DNA from: Gammaproteobacteria bacterium
Lineage (GTDB): Bacteria > Pseudomonadota > Gammaproteobacteria > JBCCGL01
Direction: 5' to 3'
DNA: 64,000 nucleotides
Assembly: GCA_965277715.1 (NCBI GenBank)
Contig: OZ255836.1
Location: forward strand, 2,944,001 to 3,008,000
Shown here: positions 10,606-20,717 of the stretch, in pieces
How the letters are laid out: each line of letters starts with the position of its first letter
How positions within the stretch are numbered: the first letter of the stretch is position 1
Position numbers and translations under genes: made by a program
The notes under the pieces: model-generated
What the model saw: only the letters and a program-made list of their open reading frames with translations
Databases searched by the model: none
What the model was told of the DNA's origin: nothing

Positions 10606-11847
10606 ATGCAAGCGACAAACAGTCAACATTTATTCCTACACTCAGAGCAGTTGCTGCCTATTAAAGACCTCTCTGATGCCAATCGCACACTCCTGTGTAA
10701 GTCGGCCAGCATGACGTTGATCCCGGCAAACCATCGCCTGAGTGCCAATGAAGAACACCATTGGCTCACTTATCTTCTGGAGGGCCGGATGGCGATTATG
10801 GAGGGAAAGTCGCAAAAATCTGTGCTGACCGATAACAGCCGGTTGGCGAAAAACCCCATCTTTGCCAACGCCGCCAACCACCAATGGGCCGTGGCAACCA
10901 CACCCTCTACCGTGATGCGCTTCGACCGCGAGCAAATCGAGTTGCTGTTGATAAAGCAACAACAGGAATCGACAACCCTTATTGAGGTCAGTACCACTGA
11001 CGCCGATAACAAAGTATTCGACGCCATTTACACGGCCTTCCAGCAGAAAAAACTGTCTGTACCGAGCCTGCCGGATGTCGCTCTGAAAGTGCGCGATGCA
11101 ATCAAAAAGGCCGATGCAGGGGCCGATGAAGTGGCGCGTATTATCCAGGTTGACCCCGTACTGACCGGGCGCATCATCAAAATTGCCAACAGTCCGGTAT
11201 CACGCGGTACTGAAAAAGTGCAGAACCTGAAGATGGCTATTATGCGCCTGGGTTTTGAGGCAACGCGCAGCCTGGCCTTTACTCTGGCGATAAAACAGTT
11301 ATTTCGCGGCAATAATAAAGCCATCGTCACTTGTATGATGCAGCTATTCAATCACAGCAGTTATATTGCGGCGCTGAGCTATGTGCTGACGCGTAAAACC
11401 TGCCCCCTCAATCCAGAGCGGGCGCAATTGGGTGGCTTGGTACACAATCTGGGCGCCATTCCCATTTTGTACTATGCCGATCAATACCCCGAGCTGTTCA
11501 CTTCCACTGCACAGCTAAATGCTACTGTGATAAACCTTGGACCGATTGTCGGCGAGTGGTTATTGACCGAGTGGGAATTTGACCGGGAATTGTGTGAAAT
11601 TGCGCAGTCGTGCCGCGATTGGTATCGCAACAACGATGCGGAAATTGATTATGTGGACATTGTGATTGCCTCATTGCTGCACCACAATACGCACGATAAA
11701 CGGGTGATCGATGATCAAATACCCGCGCTGGAAAACGTTGCCGTCGGTAGAAAGTTGATGGATCTGGGAGTGGATTTATCCGATACCGATAACTTCTTTG
11801 ATGAGGCAAAAGATGAAATCACCCTGGTTAAGGGGTTGATTGATTAA
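10606..11847 (+). CDS. HDOD-domain signalling protein with cNMP-binding-like N-terminus
   Basis: PSLPDVA...DPVLTGRIIKIANS...LVHNLG HDOD motifs, with YLLEG in the N-terminal domain. Confidence 0.85.
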   Translation: MQATNSQHLFLHSEQLLPIKDLSDANRTLLCKSASMTLIPANHRLSANEEHHWLTYLLEGRMAIMEGKSQKSVLTDNSRLAKNPIFANAANHQWAVATTPSTVMRFDREQIELLLIKQQQESTTLIEVSTTDADNKVFDAIYTAFQQKKLSVPSLPDVALKVRDAIKKADAGADEVARIIQVDPVLTGRIIKIANSPVSRGTEKVQNLKMAIMRLGFEATRSLAFTLAIKQLFRGNNKAIVTCMMQLFNHSSYIAALSYVLTRKTCPLNPERAQLGGLVHNLGAIPILYYADQYPELFTSTAQLNATVINLGPIVGEWLLTEWEFDRELCEIAQSCRDWYRNNDAEIDYVDIVIASLLHHNTHDKRVIDDQIPALENVAVGRKLMDLGVDLSDTDNFFDEAKDEITLVKGLID

Positions 11848-11853
11848 AAACCT

Positions 11854-11916
11854 GGGCGGTGTTCTCAATCACCATGAACAGACCGATTGTGGGTCAGGTA
11901 ATTGAGAACACGCCCT
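11854..11916. repeat. Short inverted-repeat element
   Basis: GGGCG(G)TGTTCTCAAT ... ATTGAGAACACGCCC arms around a ~30-bp spacer, just after the HDOD stop. Confidence 0.6.
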
Positions 11917-12292
11917 AAGCCAACGCACTCAATAACTGCCCCGGGGTGCTTACCGTGGCGGGTGAAATGGTTTGGTGTAACTGATACGCGAGAATGGCAT
12001 CACTCGCCCGATAAGCACGCCCTTCAAAGATGGCACCGCGTACACGCAAGCTGCCCGTTCGCCGCCTATCATGATCGACAATCTCCCCTTGCAAGGTGTC
12101 AGCTTGTTGCGCTGGAAGAGGGGGTATAAGGTTTTTTTTGGGAACGCCATTGCGCAGCCGGGGCGTGCGTACAACACCGGGGGCGCGTCGCCCGGTCGAT
12201 GTGAGTGCCAGTGCCTGTGTATAACGCGGTGTTAGGGTCGAAACTACGTTCATCGCACGGATTGATCGTCACTGCGTGGGCGAGCGGGCATT

Positions 12293-13936
12293 CTACCGCA
12301 ATGCGCGGACAAGCATAAGTACCCCGAATCCACCCATCACCCAGGCGATAACCGGCGCACCCGCGACCATTAAAGGCTGATAACCATCCAAGCCATAGAC
12401 TACCGCACCCGCAACCAACAGAGCGGCCCCACCAATCGCCGTGACACTGCGGCGGTTGTTGCGTTCAAGCTGGGCACGTAGCGCGTCCAATTGCGGTTCA
12501 CCTGCGGCGAGTTGTTTGAGCGCACTGTGGAGTAGCAATGGCAATTCGGGCAGGGTATTGGCCCACTCGGGCGCCTGCCTGGCAAGTTGTCGCAGCAATG
12601 CCTGCGGCCCTTTTTGTTGACTGATCCAGCGCTGCAAAAAAGGCTGGGCGGTCTCCCACAAGTCCAGTTGGGGGTAGAGCTGTCGGCCCAAGCCCTCAAT
12701 ATTCAACAGGGTTTTTTGCAGCAGTACCAGTTGTGGCTGTACCTGCATATCGAAGCGCCGCGCCGTTTGAAACAAACGCAGCAATACCTGGCCAAAGGAG
12801 ATTTCGGCCAGGGGCTTTTGAAAAATTGGTTCACAGACGGTGCGAATCGCCGATTCAAAATCCTCAACGCTGGTGCCTGCCGGCACCCAGGCCGAATCGA
12901 CATGCAACTGTGCCACACGGCGGTAGTCGCGCTTGAAAAAAGCCAGCAGGTTCTCCGCCAGGTAGTGGCGGTCATCACGCGTCAGGGTGCCGACAATACC
13001 AAAGTCGACGGCGATATAAGCGGGGTCATGGGGCTTGCCGGGGTCGACAAAGATATTGCCGGGGTGCATATCAGCGTGGAAGAAATTATCGCGAAATACC
13101 TGAGTGAAAAAAATTTCCACGCCACGCGCCGCCAACAGAGGCATATCCACATCTAAGGCCTGTAAGCGCGCCACCTCACTCACCCGCACGCCCGATACAC
13201 GCTCCATTACCAGGATGTTTTTACGGGTGTAGTGCCAGTGTACCTCTGGCACATAGAGCAGGGATGAACCGGTGAAGTTGCGTCGCAACTGCGCGGCATT
13301 GGCCGCTTCGCGCACTAAATCCAGCTCATCAAAAATAGTTTTTTCAAATTCGCTGACCACCTCGCGCAAGCGCAGACGCGCCCCCTGTGACCAATAGCGC
13401 TCTGCCAGGCTGGCAATGGTGTACATCAACGACACATCGCGGCGAATCGTTTCAGCAATCCCCGGCCTGAGAATTTTCACCACCACCTCTTCACCGCTGT
13501 GCAGTTGCGCGGTATGCACCTGCGCCACCGAGGCAGAGGCGAGTGGCTCGGCGGAAAAACGGGCAAACAGCGTTTCTACCGAACCTGCCAATGCAGTCTC
13601 TACCGCTGCACGCGCCACCTGTGTTGAAAACGGCGGCACCTGGTCTTGCAGTTTGGCCAGCTCATCGGCGACATCATCTGGCAATAAATCGCGGCGTGTC
13701 GAAACGATTTGCCCAAATTTAATAAACACCGGGCCGAGCGCCTCAAGCGCACAGCGAATCCGCTCACCACGCGGTAGGCGGCGGTTGTGGTGGTTAAGCC
13801 AGCGACTGGGAGAGAGATAAAACAACGCCCGCAGCAGACCCACCCCCGGCGTATCGACAAAAAATGACTCCAACGCATAGCGCGCCATCACCTGTTGAAT
13901 GGTGAACACACGCCGCCCACGGTCAAACACACTCAT
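12293..13936 (-). CDS. ubiB: Ubiquinone biosynthesis regulatory kinase-like protein UbiB
   Basis: LGPVFIKFGQ, ASASVAQVH, FFHADMHPGN, DFGIVG. Downstream of ubiE-ubiJ. Confidence 0.95.
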   Translation of the reverse strand: MSVFDRGRRVFTIQQVMARYALESFFVDTPGVGLLRALFYLSPSRWLNHHNRRLPRGERIRCALEALGPVFIKFGQIVSTRRDLLPDDVADELAKLQDQVPPFSTQVARAAVETALAGSVETLFARFSAEPLASASVAQVHTAQLHSGEEVVVKILRPGIAETIRRDVSLMYTIASLAERYWSQGARLRLREVVSEFEKTIFDELDLVREAANAAQLRRNFTGSSLLYVPEVHWHYTRKNILVMERVSGVRVSEVARLQALDVDMPLLAARGVEIFFTQVFRDNFFHADMHPGNIFVDPGKPHDPAYIAVDFGIVGTLTRDDRHYLAENLLAFFKRDYRRVAQLHVDSAWVPAGTSVEDFESAIRTVCEPIFQKPLAEISFGQVLLRLFQTARRFDMQVQPQLVLLQKTLLNIEGLGRQLYPQLDLWETAQPFLQRWISQQKGPQALLRQLARQAPEWANTLPELPLLLHSALKQLAAGEPQLDALRAQLERNNRRSVTAIGGAALLVAGAVVYGLDGYQPLMVAGAPVIAWVMGGFGVLMLVRALR

Positions 13937-14332
13937 ATACGAGTACTCTCCCAACTTTGAACTGATTGATACATGAGACAAGCTACAGATATCGACGTTA
14001 ACTTATTAAAACTAATACCCCATCAATTAAAACCCGACAACGCACTGGGTAAGCAAGCAATACATCAGAGGCACAACCTCATGTTATCAGCAATAAGCAT
14101 CAGCCTGCCTTCCACAGAAAAAGCGTGGATCTATAGGCAACACAGGAGCAGTTGCCGGGGAGCGGTAGCCCTTGGGCACAGACAAAAAATAACTCGCTCT
14201 ACAAAGCGTAAAGAAAACCCCATGCATCGCGAGTGAAACCTCACAAACACCCAGGATTATCGACGTTAGTTTATTGAGACGAACAGCCCACCAATTCAAA
14301 GTTGACGATTTACCCGGTCGTTTTACAGCCGT

Positions 14333-14929
14333 TTAGCTGCGCTCAAGGCGCTGCAAACGCGCTTCAAAACGATCAGCATCGGCGCGCAACGTATCCACAT
14401 CACGGTAAAAATGTTCACACTCGCCCAGCGTGGGTGTCAGTCGGGACTCCTCGCGCAGGTACTCGCCAAGATCGGCACTGAAAGCCTGCGCGGTGCGCTC
14501 CAGCCAACCGTGTACGCCACGCGCAGCATTGCCAATCTGGTGTGCAGCCAAATCACCGGTAAACCGTGAAAGCTGTTCTTCCCAGTCAATTTCCAGCGTA
14601 TCTAGCAGGCGTTTAAACTGCCTGCCGGTCTCAATATCCCCGCCAATATGCACTTCACCGGAAAACAGCGCCCGGTTAGAGGCACCGAGCGAAGCCATCG
14701 ATAGCGGTGTACCACTGATTGTGGCGTCGACCTCGCCGTCGAAAAAACGCATCACCTCAACTTTTTCTGCATGTACCAGTAAATAAACCGACAGCGCCAA
14801 CCCCTGTATTTCCAGCGCGATAATCTTCCCCTGCAAACCGGGCAGGCGCGCACGGGCATTTTCATCCAGAGCGAGCACTGCGTTAAACGCAGCCTCAATA
14901 GCCAGCACGGCGGGGAGCGGTAGCTGCAT
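14333..14929 (-). CDS. ubiJ: Ubiquinone biosynthesis accessory factor UbiJ (SCP2 domain)
   Basis: IDWEEQLSRFTGD and EYLREE motifs. Lies between ubiE and ubiB. Confidence 0.9.
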   Translation of the reverse strand: MQLPLPAVLAIEAAFNAVLALDENARARLPGLQGKIIALEIQGLALSVYLLVHAEKVEVMRFFDGEVDATISGTPLSMASLGASNRALFSGEVHIGGDIETGRQFKRLLDTLEIDWEEQLSRFTGDLAAHQIGNAARGVHGWLERTAQAFSADLGEYLREESRLTPTLGECEHFYRDVDTLRADADRFEARLQRLERS

Positions 14930-14932
14930 AAG

Positions 14933-15730
14933 CTAAAACTTAAACCCTTTGTGCAAGGCGACAATACCACCGGTGAGGTTAAAGTATTCACTGCGCTCAT
15001 ACCCCGCCTCCTGCATCATCGCTTTCAGGGTTTCCTGATCCGGGTGCATACGAATACTCTCAGCGAGGTAGCGGTAACTGTCGGCATCATTGGCCACGAG
15101 CCTGCCCAGGGCGGGCAGTGCAGCAAACGAATAAGCATCGTATACCCTGGATAACAGCGGCAGGACCGGCTTTGAAAACTCTAAAATCAACAGGCGGCCA
15201 CCGGGTTTTAATACACGGTACATCGAGGTCAGCGCGGCCTGCTTATCGGTGACATTACGCAGGCCAAAGGCGATGGTAATGCAGTGAAAGGTATTGTCTG
15301 CAAACGGCAGGCACTCGGCGTTTGCCTGAGCGTAGTCAAGCGTGCTGAGCAGGCCTTTGTCGATTAACTTGTCGCGCCCGGCCTCCAGCATTGAAGCATT
15401 GATATCCGATAAAATCACCCGCCCCTGCGGGCCAACCCGGGCGCACAGCCTGGCCGCCAGATCACCCGTACCACCAGCCAGATCCAGTACTGTATTGCCG
15501 TACTTGACCCCACAGTGCTCTATCGTCACCCGCTTCCATAAACGGTGGATGCCGAACGACATTAAATCGTTCATCGCATCGTACTTCGCCGCGACCGAGT
15601 GAAACACCTCGGCGACGCGCTGCGCTTTTTCGCTAACGGGCACATCCTTAAAACCGAAGTGCGTGGTTTGTTCACCGGAAGCCGCCATACCAGGGGCCGC
15701 CGTAGCGGGGTCTGTATCGGAGTGCTGCAT
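14933..15730 (-). CDS. ubiE: Ubiquinone/menaquinone C-methyltransferase UbiE
   Basis: [44 protein letters not shown] overlaps the upstream stop (TAATG). Confidence 0.96.
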   Translation of the reverse strand: MQHSDTDPATAAPGMAASGEQTTHFGFKDVPVSEKAQRVAEVFHSVAAKYDAMNDLMSFGIHRLWKRVTIEHCGVKYGNTVLDLAGGTGDLAARLCARVGPQGRVILSDINASMLEAGRDKLIDKGLLSTLDYAQANAECLPFADNTFHCITIAFGLRNVTDKQAALTSMYRVLKPGGRLLILEFSKPVLPLLSRVYDAYSFAALPALGRLVANDADSYRYLAESIRMHPDQETLKAMMQEAGYERSEYFNLTGGIVALHKGFKF

Positions 15731-16086
15731 TATTCGACCTTGCGGGTAATGCCAGCGTCTTTGAGGCGTTGCAGGTAATGCTGCCAATTGACTTGGTAGT
15801 CCTTGCCGAGTGCATAGAGCGTATCCCAACTGTATAGGCCGCTATCGTGGCCATCATCAAACACCAGCTTGATAGCGTAATTGCCCACCGGCTCAATGGC
15901 GCTGATATTCACATCCTGCTTATCGATTTGCAGTACCTCCTGCCCAGGGCCGTGACCGCGCACCTCTGCCGAGGGCGAATGCACACGCAGGTATTCACAG
16001 GTGAGGTTGCAATCAAAACCGTCGTCAAAGTGCAGTTCCAGCACCCGGCTGGTCTGGTGGAGTTTTATATCGGTGGGCTTGGGCAT
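15730..16086 (-). CDS. DUF971 / gamma-butyrobetaine hydroxylase N-terminal-like protein
   Basis: [36 protein letters not shown]. The usual neighbour of ubiE. Confidence 0.9.
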   Translation of the reverse strand: MPKPTDIKLHQTSRVLELHFDDGFDCNLTCEYLRVHSPSAEVRGHGPGQEVLQIDKQDVNISAIEPVGNYAIKLVFDDGHDSGLYSWDTLYALGKDYQVNWQHYLQRLKDAGITRKVE

Positions 16087-16436
16087 GCTTGTACGCCTTT
16101 TTTCAGTACGGGGCATTCTACGCTTTTAGCGGGGTTAGCGGTATTGGCAGGCGATAAACTGTTAGGTGCTAGTCGATTTTTGTCAATACGATATGATATG
16201 TACGAAATTCATACCCAGGTAATCCAAACATTTCTGAAGACGAGGCGATGGAAATGGCGATTCAGGAAATAGCGGTGTAACGCCGGGAAAAATCGGCTAC
16301 GAAATAATCACTCTTCCTATGAATATTGTTGTAGATTGCAATATCCTGATTTGTGCTGGAATATCCGAGGGCACTTGCCGACGCACCATTCAAAAAGTGC
16401 TGCTACATCATCATTGGCTTATAGCCGTATAACCAC

Positions 16437-16775
16437 TCACTTCAACTTGCGCGCCTTGCGGACAGCTGCTATACCCCCCGCATTAGTAACATTGGTATAT
16501 CCCTTTTGCCTGAGAATATTTAGCGCCACGCTGGCACGCGCACCCACCGCACAATACAGTTTTATCTCGGTGTCTTTATCACCGACAAGCTGCCCAATCA
16601 ATTGGCCAATTTTTTTGTACGGAATATTCGCATCCCCCGCGATATGGCCCGCTTTGTACTCGCCAACGCTACGCACGTCGATCCAAACCGGATCCGTCGA
16701 AGCGGAGGCGGAGTTAGCCAAAACACCCGCAGAAAAAAACAACCCCAGAGCAAATAGTAACAGTGTGAATTTCAT
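16437..16775 (-). CDS. Periplasmic rhodanese (PspE-like)
   Basis: Signal peptide, WIDVRS..EY..GHI, LYCAVGARA. Confidence 0.85.
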   Translation of the reverse strand: MKFTLLLFALGLFFSAGVLANSASASTDPVWIDVRSVGEYKAGHIAGDANIPYKKIGQLIGQLVGDKDTEIKLYCAVGARASVALNILRQKGYTNVTNAGGIAAVRKARKLK

Positions 16776-16982
16776 TGCGATTGATCCTGATGATTAGCGC
16801 CTGTTTGTTATACCCGCTTTCGCTGCAGCATTTTTCAGTTTGTTATCATTGCTAGCTAACGGCGCACCCAACCTGAGAGCTAATTCCAGATAAGCCGCAT
16901 CATATATGGAAAGTAGGAGAAAATCCCTATAGGTGATTTTCTCCTTCTCTTTTCTTTTAACAATGCGATGGTTCGATAAAGG

Positions 16983-17477
16983 TCAACCATCAGCATTGGC
17001 TATCACAGTTGTCAATTGTTGCGCCGTTACCGGCCCTTCGATGCGCCGGTAAAACTGACCGTTGGGGTCGATCAGGAAGGTTGTTGGCAATACCCGGATA
17101 TTGCCAAATGGCGTAACCGGATCACCTCCATTGCTGAGAATCAGGTAATCAACGCCCAGATCAGCCACAAATGCACGGATGTCCTGTGTTTCTGCCTCTT
17201 CAAAAGTAACGCCCCACACGGTGGCCGTTGCTGTGTTGTTTTGGTAAAACGCATTGAGCGCTGGCATTTCATGTATACAAGGCCCACACCAGGTCGCCCA
17301 AAAATTTATCACCACCCACTTTCCCTGATACTGCGACAGGCTGTGATCGACACCATCGAGATCGGCCAGTGTGTAATCTACCGGGTCAGTGGCGTTCACA
17401 GTAGTTGCGTTAAATGCCAGCGTGTTGAATACCAGCGTGATAACAAACAAACGAAAAAGGGTTTTGGTGGCGGGCAT
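16983..17477 (-). CDS. TlpA/ResA-family thiol-disulfide reductase
   Basis: INFWATWCGPC..EMP and LPTTFLID. The true start is likely 17477; the longer ORF reads through a repeat. Confidence 0.9.
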   Translation of the reverse strand: MPATKTLFRLFVITLVFNTLAFNATTVNATDPVDYTLADLDGVDHSLSQYQGKWVVINFWATWCGPCIHEMPALNAFYQNNTATATVWGVTFEEAETQDIRAFVADLGVDYLILSNGGDPVTPFGNIRVLPTTFLIDPNGQFYRRIEGPVTAQQLTTVIANADG

Positions 17478-17499
17478 AGGTAACGCACTCCAGGTGTTC

Positions 17500-17641
17500 A
17501 GAGGGCATCGGAAAGCTACTGCGCTCGATGATGCGGCATTGGAAATTGACAAAAACTGCTCATTTACTGCGTGTAAACTGCGCTTTTTTGTCAATTTCCG
17601 CCTGGCCTCACCTTCGCTCACAACGTTTTCCAAAGCCCTCT
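17500..17641. repeat. Palindromic MITE/RPE-like element, family B
   Basis: Ends AGAGGGC.T.GGAAA / TTTCCAAAGCCCTCT, with internal stem GGAAATTGACAAAAA...TTTTTGTCAATTTCC. Confidence 0.8.
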
Positions 17642-17708
17642 TTAGTCAGTTAATGGCACTATTCGACCAACAATGCACGCGCACGTTCACCTGGCCAGCC
17701 TGTGAATA

Positions 17709-18032
17709 ATGCCATTGTGGACAGCTACGACAAACTCAAACTGCTTGCCATTATTTGATGATTTGTTTCAGCGCCGCAATACCCTTTACCGGGATATTGT
17801 CCAGGCCATCGCTAATGCCCCACTGGATCTGGATGGTTTGTACACGGCACTGAATATCGAAAAAACGGGAAAAATATCTGAATACGTTAACGAGCTTGCC
17901 TTATGCGGGTTTATCACCCGCGAACACACCTGGAAAATTCACAATGGTGTGGAATCAAAACTCAGCCGCATTCGGCTTAACGATAATTATTTGCGGTTTT
18001 ATATCAAAGCCATAACGTGCATGACCTTATGA
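17709..18032 (+). pseudogene. Internal fragment of an AAA/'archaeal-type' ATPase with winged-helix domain
   Basis: LFDDLF...SEYVNEL..CGFI.R..TW...SRIRLNDNYLRFY pattern. No Walker A motif; truncated. Confidence 0.55.
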
Positions 18033-18056
18033 GACACCTCCACCATTCTATTCATA

Positions 18057-18161
18057 CCGAAAGTGAAAGAAATCCTCCGTTTTCTGGAAGGTGTTCCTGT
18101 ACCTGTGGTTAAGCTGCTCTACGGTGGTGGCTTTAGAATTACTGAAGCCATTGGTAGGTTG
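18057..18161 (+). pseudogene. Integron-integrase (IntI)-like tyrosine recombinase fragment
   Basis: Manual translation PKVKEILRFLEGVPVPVVKLLYGGGFRITEAI resembles IntI box I (..L.G.P.LV.KLLYGSGLR..EA). Confidence 0.6.
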
Positions 18162-18199
18162 CCTGATTGTTTATCCACAAAAAATGCCTTTACTGGAAA

Positions 18200-19030
18200 T
18201 TAATAAGCCCGCTTTTTCTTCGCCCCTCTGTATAAAATATCCGCCAGGTTGTCATTGACTTTTTGCCGTTGTGCAACACCCTGTGGGTCGTGATCGAAGC
18301 GTGGACGGCGTAGCACGATGCCGTCTTTATCATCGACTTCACCGCGAATAGGTAAGCGGTACTTTTCACCTATCGACTGCTGCACATGGGCGGGCGTATA
18401 CGACTGAATGGCAAAACCAATGCGCCGCTGGCCACTGTGGTTGGGTTGTGAACCGTGAATAATTTTGGCGTGGTGTAAAGACATCTGCCCAGGCCGCAAG
18501 ATCAAATCGACAGCGCTGGCGGCATCAACCCCAGGTACGACTTGGCCACGTGTGAGAATATTGTCCTCTGCGAAGGTGTCTTCGTGCGGGTGGATCGCGT
18601 CGATATGGCTGCCGGGAATCATACTCATACAGCCGTTGTCACGGTGGCTGTGTGTGAGTGCCAGCCAGGGAGTAACAAAATCGTGTGGCTCAATGCCCAT
18701 ATACGTTGCATCCTGATGCCAGCTTACATACCCGGCACTGTGTGGTTCCTTGATAAACAAAACACTGCCCCATAGTGAAATATTGGCGCCGATTAAATCT
18801 TCCACCGCATCGACAATGACCGGGTGGTGTACCAGCTCATCGAGGCAGGCGAACGACAAATGTGCGTTATTGCGATTCTTTGCGTTGATTTCATCCGGGT
18901 AGTCACGTTCGATGGCTTCCAGCCGGTGCCGGTAAGACAGCGCTTCGTCTTCTGGCATCACATCAATGGGTGAGATAAACCCTTGCTCGTGGTACTGATC
19001 AATTTGTTGTTGTGTAAGGACTTTAGGCAT
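18200..19030 (-). CDS. Phytanoyl-CoA dioxygenase (PhyH) family Fe/2OG enzyme
   Basis: WHQD, NGCM..IPGSH, HGSQPNHS..RR. Confidence 0.88.
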   Translation of the reverse strand: MPKVLTQQQIDQYHEQGFISPIDVMPEDEALSYRHRLEAIERDYPDEINAKNRNNAHLSFACLDELVHHPVIVDAVEDLIGANISLWGSVLFIKEPHSAGYVSWHQDATYMGIEPHDFVTPWLALTHSHRDNGCMSMIPGSHIDAIHPHEDTFAEDNILTRGQVVPGVDAASAVDLILRPGQMSLHHAKIIHGSQPNHSGQRRIGFAIQSYTPAHVQQSIGEKYRLPIRGEVDDKDGIVLRRPRFDHDPQGVAQRQKVNDNLADILYRGAKKKRAY

Positions 19031-19035
19031 AGCGA

Positions 19036-19524
19036 TTATGAATTTGCAGTGTGTTTGTTGTTGAGTGCCGCCAGTATGGTTGGGTGTACAAAGCCACTGA
19101 CATCGCCATTCAAACTGGCGATTTCCCGCACCATACTTGAGGAGAGGAATGCATATTCCTGCGCGGCAGAAATAAAAACAGTTTCAACACCAGGGCACAT
19201 TTGGCGGTTCAGGCCCGCCAACTGCACCTCGTATTCAAAGTCAGACACTGCCCGCAGGCCACGGACAATGACCTTTGCCTGCCACTGCACGGCACACTCA
19301 ACGAGCAGGCCCTTAAAGCTTTTCACTTCAACATTCGGTAAATCCTGAACGACCTCACGCGCCAGCATCTCACGCTGCTCCAGCGCAAAAAAAGGGCGCT
19401 TATCTGGATTGTAAGCGATGGCGACAATAACGCGATCAAACATCTTCGCTGCACGTCTCGCCACATCGATATGCCCATTGGTAATCGGATCAAAAGTGCC
19501 GGGATAGATTGCTGTAATTGTCAT
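19036..19524 (-). CDS. coaD: Phosphopantetheine adenylyltransferase
   Basis: YPGTFDPITNGH, RGLRAVSDFEYE, SSSMVREIA. Confidence 0.97.
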   Translation of the reverse strand: MTITAIYPGTFDPITNGHIDVARRAAKMFDRVIVAIAYNPDKRPFFALEQREMLAREVVQDLPNVEVKSFKGLLVECAVQWQAKVIVRGLRAVSDFEYEVQLAGLNRQMCPGVETVFISAAQEYAFLSSSMVREIASLNGDVSGFVHPTILAALNNKHTANS

Positions 19525-20156
19525 ACCTGCCTACTGTCATTTCATCAGCGGCAAGATTGCATGATTTCACCGTTTTCGACAACTCATTTAGTTAGAATTA
19601 ATTTAGGGCACGCCCTCGACGTAAGCACTCATTTATCAACCGTGTCGGCATACGAATTTGGGACTGAGTGGCACTGATAGCAGTAAACGCCATTAATATT
19701 TCCGGCGCAGCACTGTGACTAAACGCCAGCTTGATAAAAACTGGTTTAAAAAAGCAAGAGGGTCAGGCTTGAATGGCACTTCCTTAAGCTGTAAGTATTT
19801 GAAGTAATTACAAAAAAAGCTGGTTCTATGGTAGGTTATTTGTTGCCAACACAAATACCCTTGATCCCACAGGAACCAGCCATCATGCAGAGTAATGTAA
19901 AAGTCAACATTCTTCAACGTCGCATCAAAAGCCGAGCTCAATCCTCGGATGCATTGAGTTTTTATCACTTGCTGACATCCTCTCAGTTACTTACGAAACT
20001 GGAAGAATTACAACCGGATTTTCGAGCGCGTCGCTATCCTCCTCTAGACACCTTATCGCTGTTTTTATACCAAACAATGAGTGCAGATCAGCCCTGCCAA
20101 CAAGTTGTCAACACACTCGCTGTACAGCGATTAAGTGAAGGTTTATCAGTGAGTAA
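19179..20156 (+). repeat. 978-bp direct duplication, copy 1 (copy 2 at 21756-22733)
   Basis: Near-identical sequence at a constant offset of 2577 with scattered SNPs. Covers the 5' part of coaD, its upstream region and the IS4 left end. Confidence 0.93.
19771..20156 (+). mobile_element. Truncated IS4-family element (left end and 5' of transposase)
   Basis: Starts with TIR GAATGGCACTTCCTTAAGCT; matches the element starting at 22348. Confidence 0.9.
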
Positions 20157-20706
20157 GAGTTCCAGGAACAGGCATCAAATAAAGTATATTCCAATTCAGA
20201 AATGAGCCTGAAGGAGAGGGTAATTAAGTCCCGGTCTTGAGGCGTTCATGAAATTGTTGGAAGAGTTTGTTTCGTGCTGAATGGCGTATTTCAACGGCTT
20301 CGTTGTCTGTCATTTCACGGGCAAATTCATCCCGTTTTTTAAAGGTCATCCCTTTTTTCAAGTATTGACTGGGGCGAGGGAGTGAGCGGAATTTCTCATA
20401 GGGTGTCATCCTATCTTCATAACGATATTTTTTGTGTTGTTTACCTTTGTCATCGGTCACGGTGGAAGGGAAATAGCAGGGGTGGTGGAAGTTGAGATAA
20501 CGGTGGAGAGGGCCGCTGTTAAGATCAGTAAATTGTTCAGCATACTGTTGTGGTATATGGCTGTAGCCATAGAGTTTGCGGATAACAGACCCATTTTTGC
20601 TTTCCACCAACCCGTTGTCGTTACTGTGTCGAGGACGTGATTTGGTGAGTTTAATACGCAGTTTTTCCAGTAGTTCAGCCACACTGTAGTTGATGTATTC
20701 ACCCCC
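20157..20706 (-). mobile_element. C-terminal remnant of an ISNCY/rve-type DDE transposase
   Basis: GGEYIN...TKSRPRHSNDNGLVESKNGSVIRK..GY...TPYEK. Fused in frame to the RAYT-like ORF. Confidence 0.75.
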
Positions 20707-20717
20707 AAAAAGGAAAA

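Noticed and set aside
11902-12253. Overlapping short ORFs downstream of ubiB
   Set aside because: No recognisable domain in any frame.
18200-19030. PhyH protein as a SyrB2-type halogenase
   Set aside because: It keeps the H-x-D facial triad (WHQD); halogenases replace the Asp with Ala or Gly.
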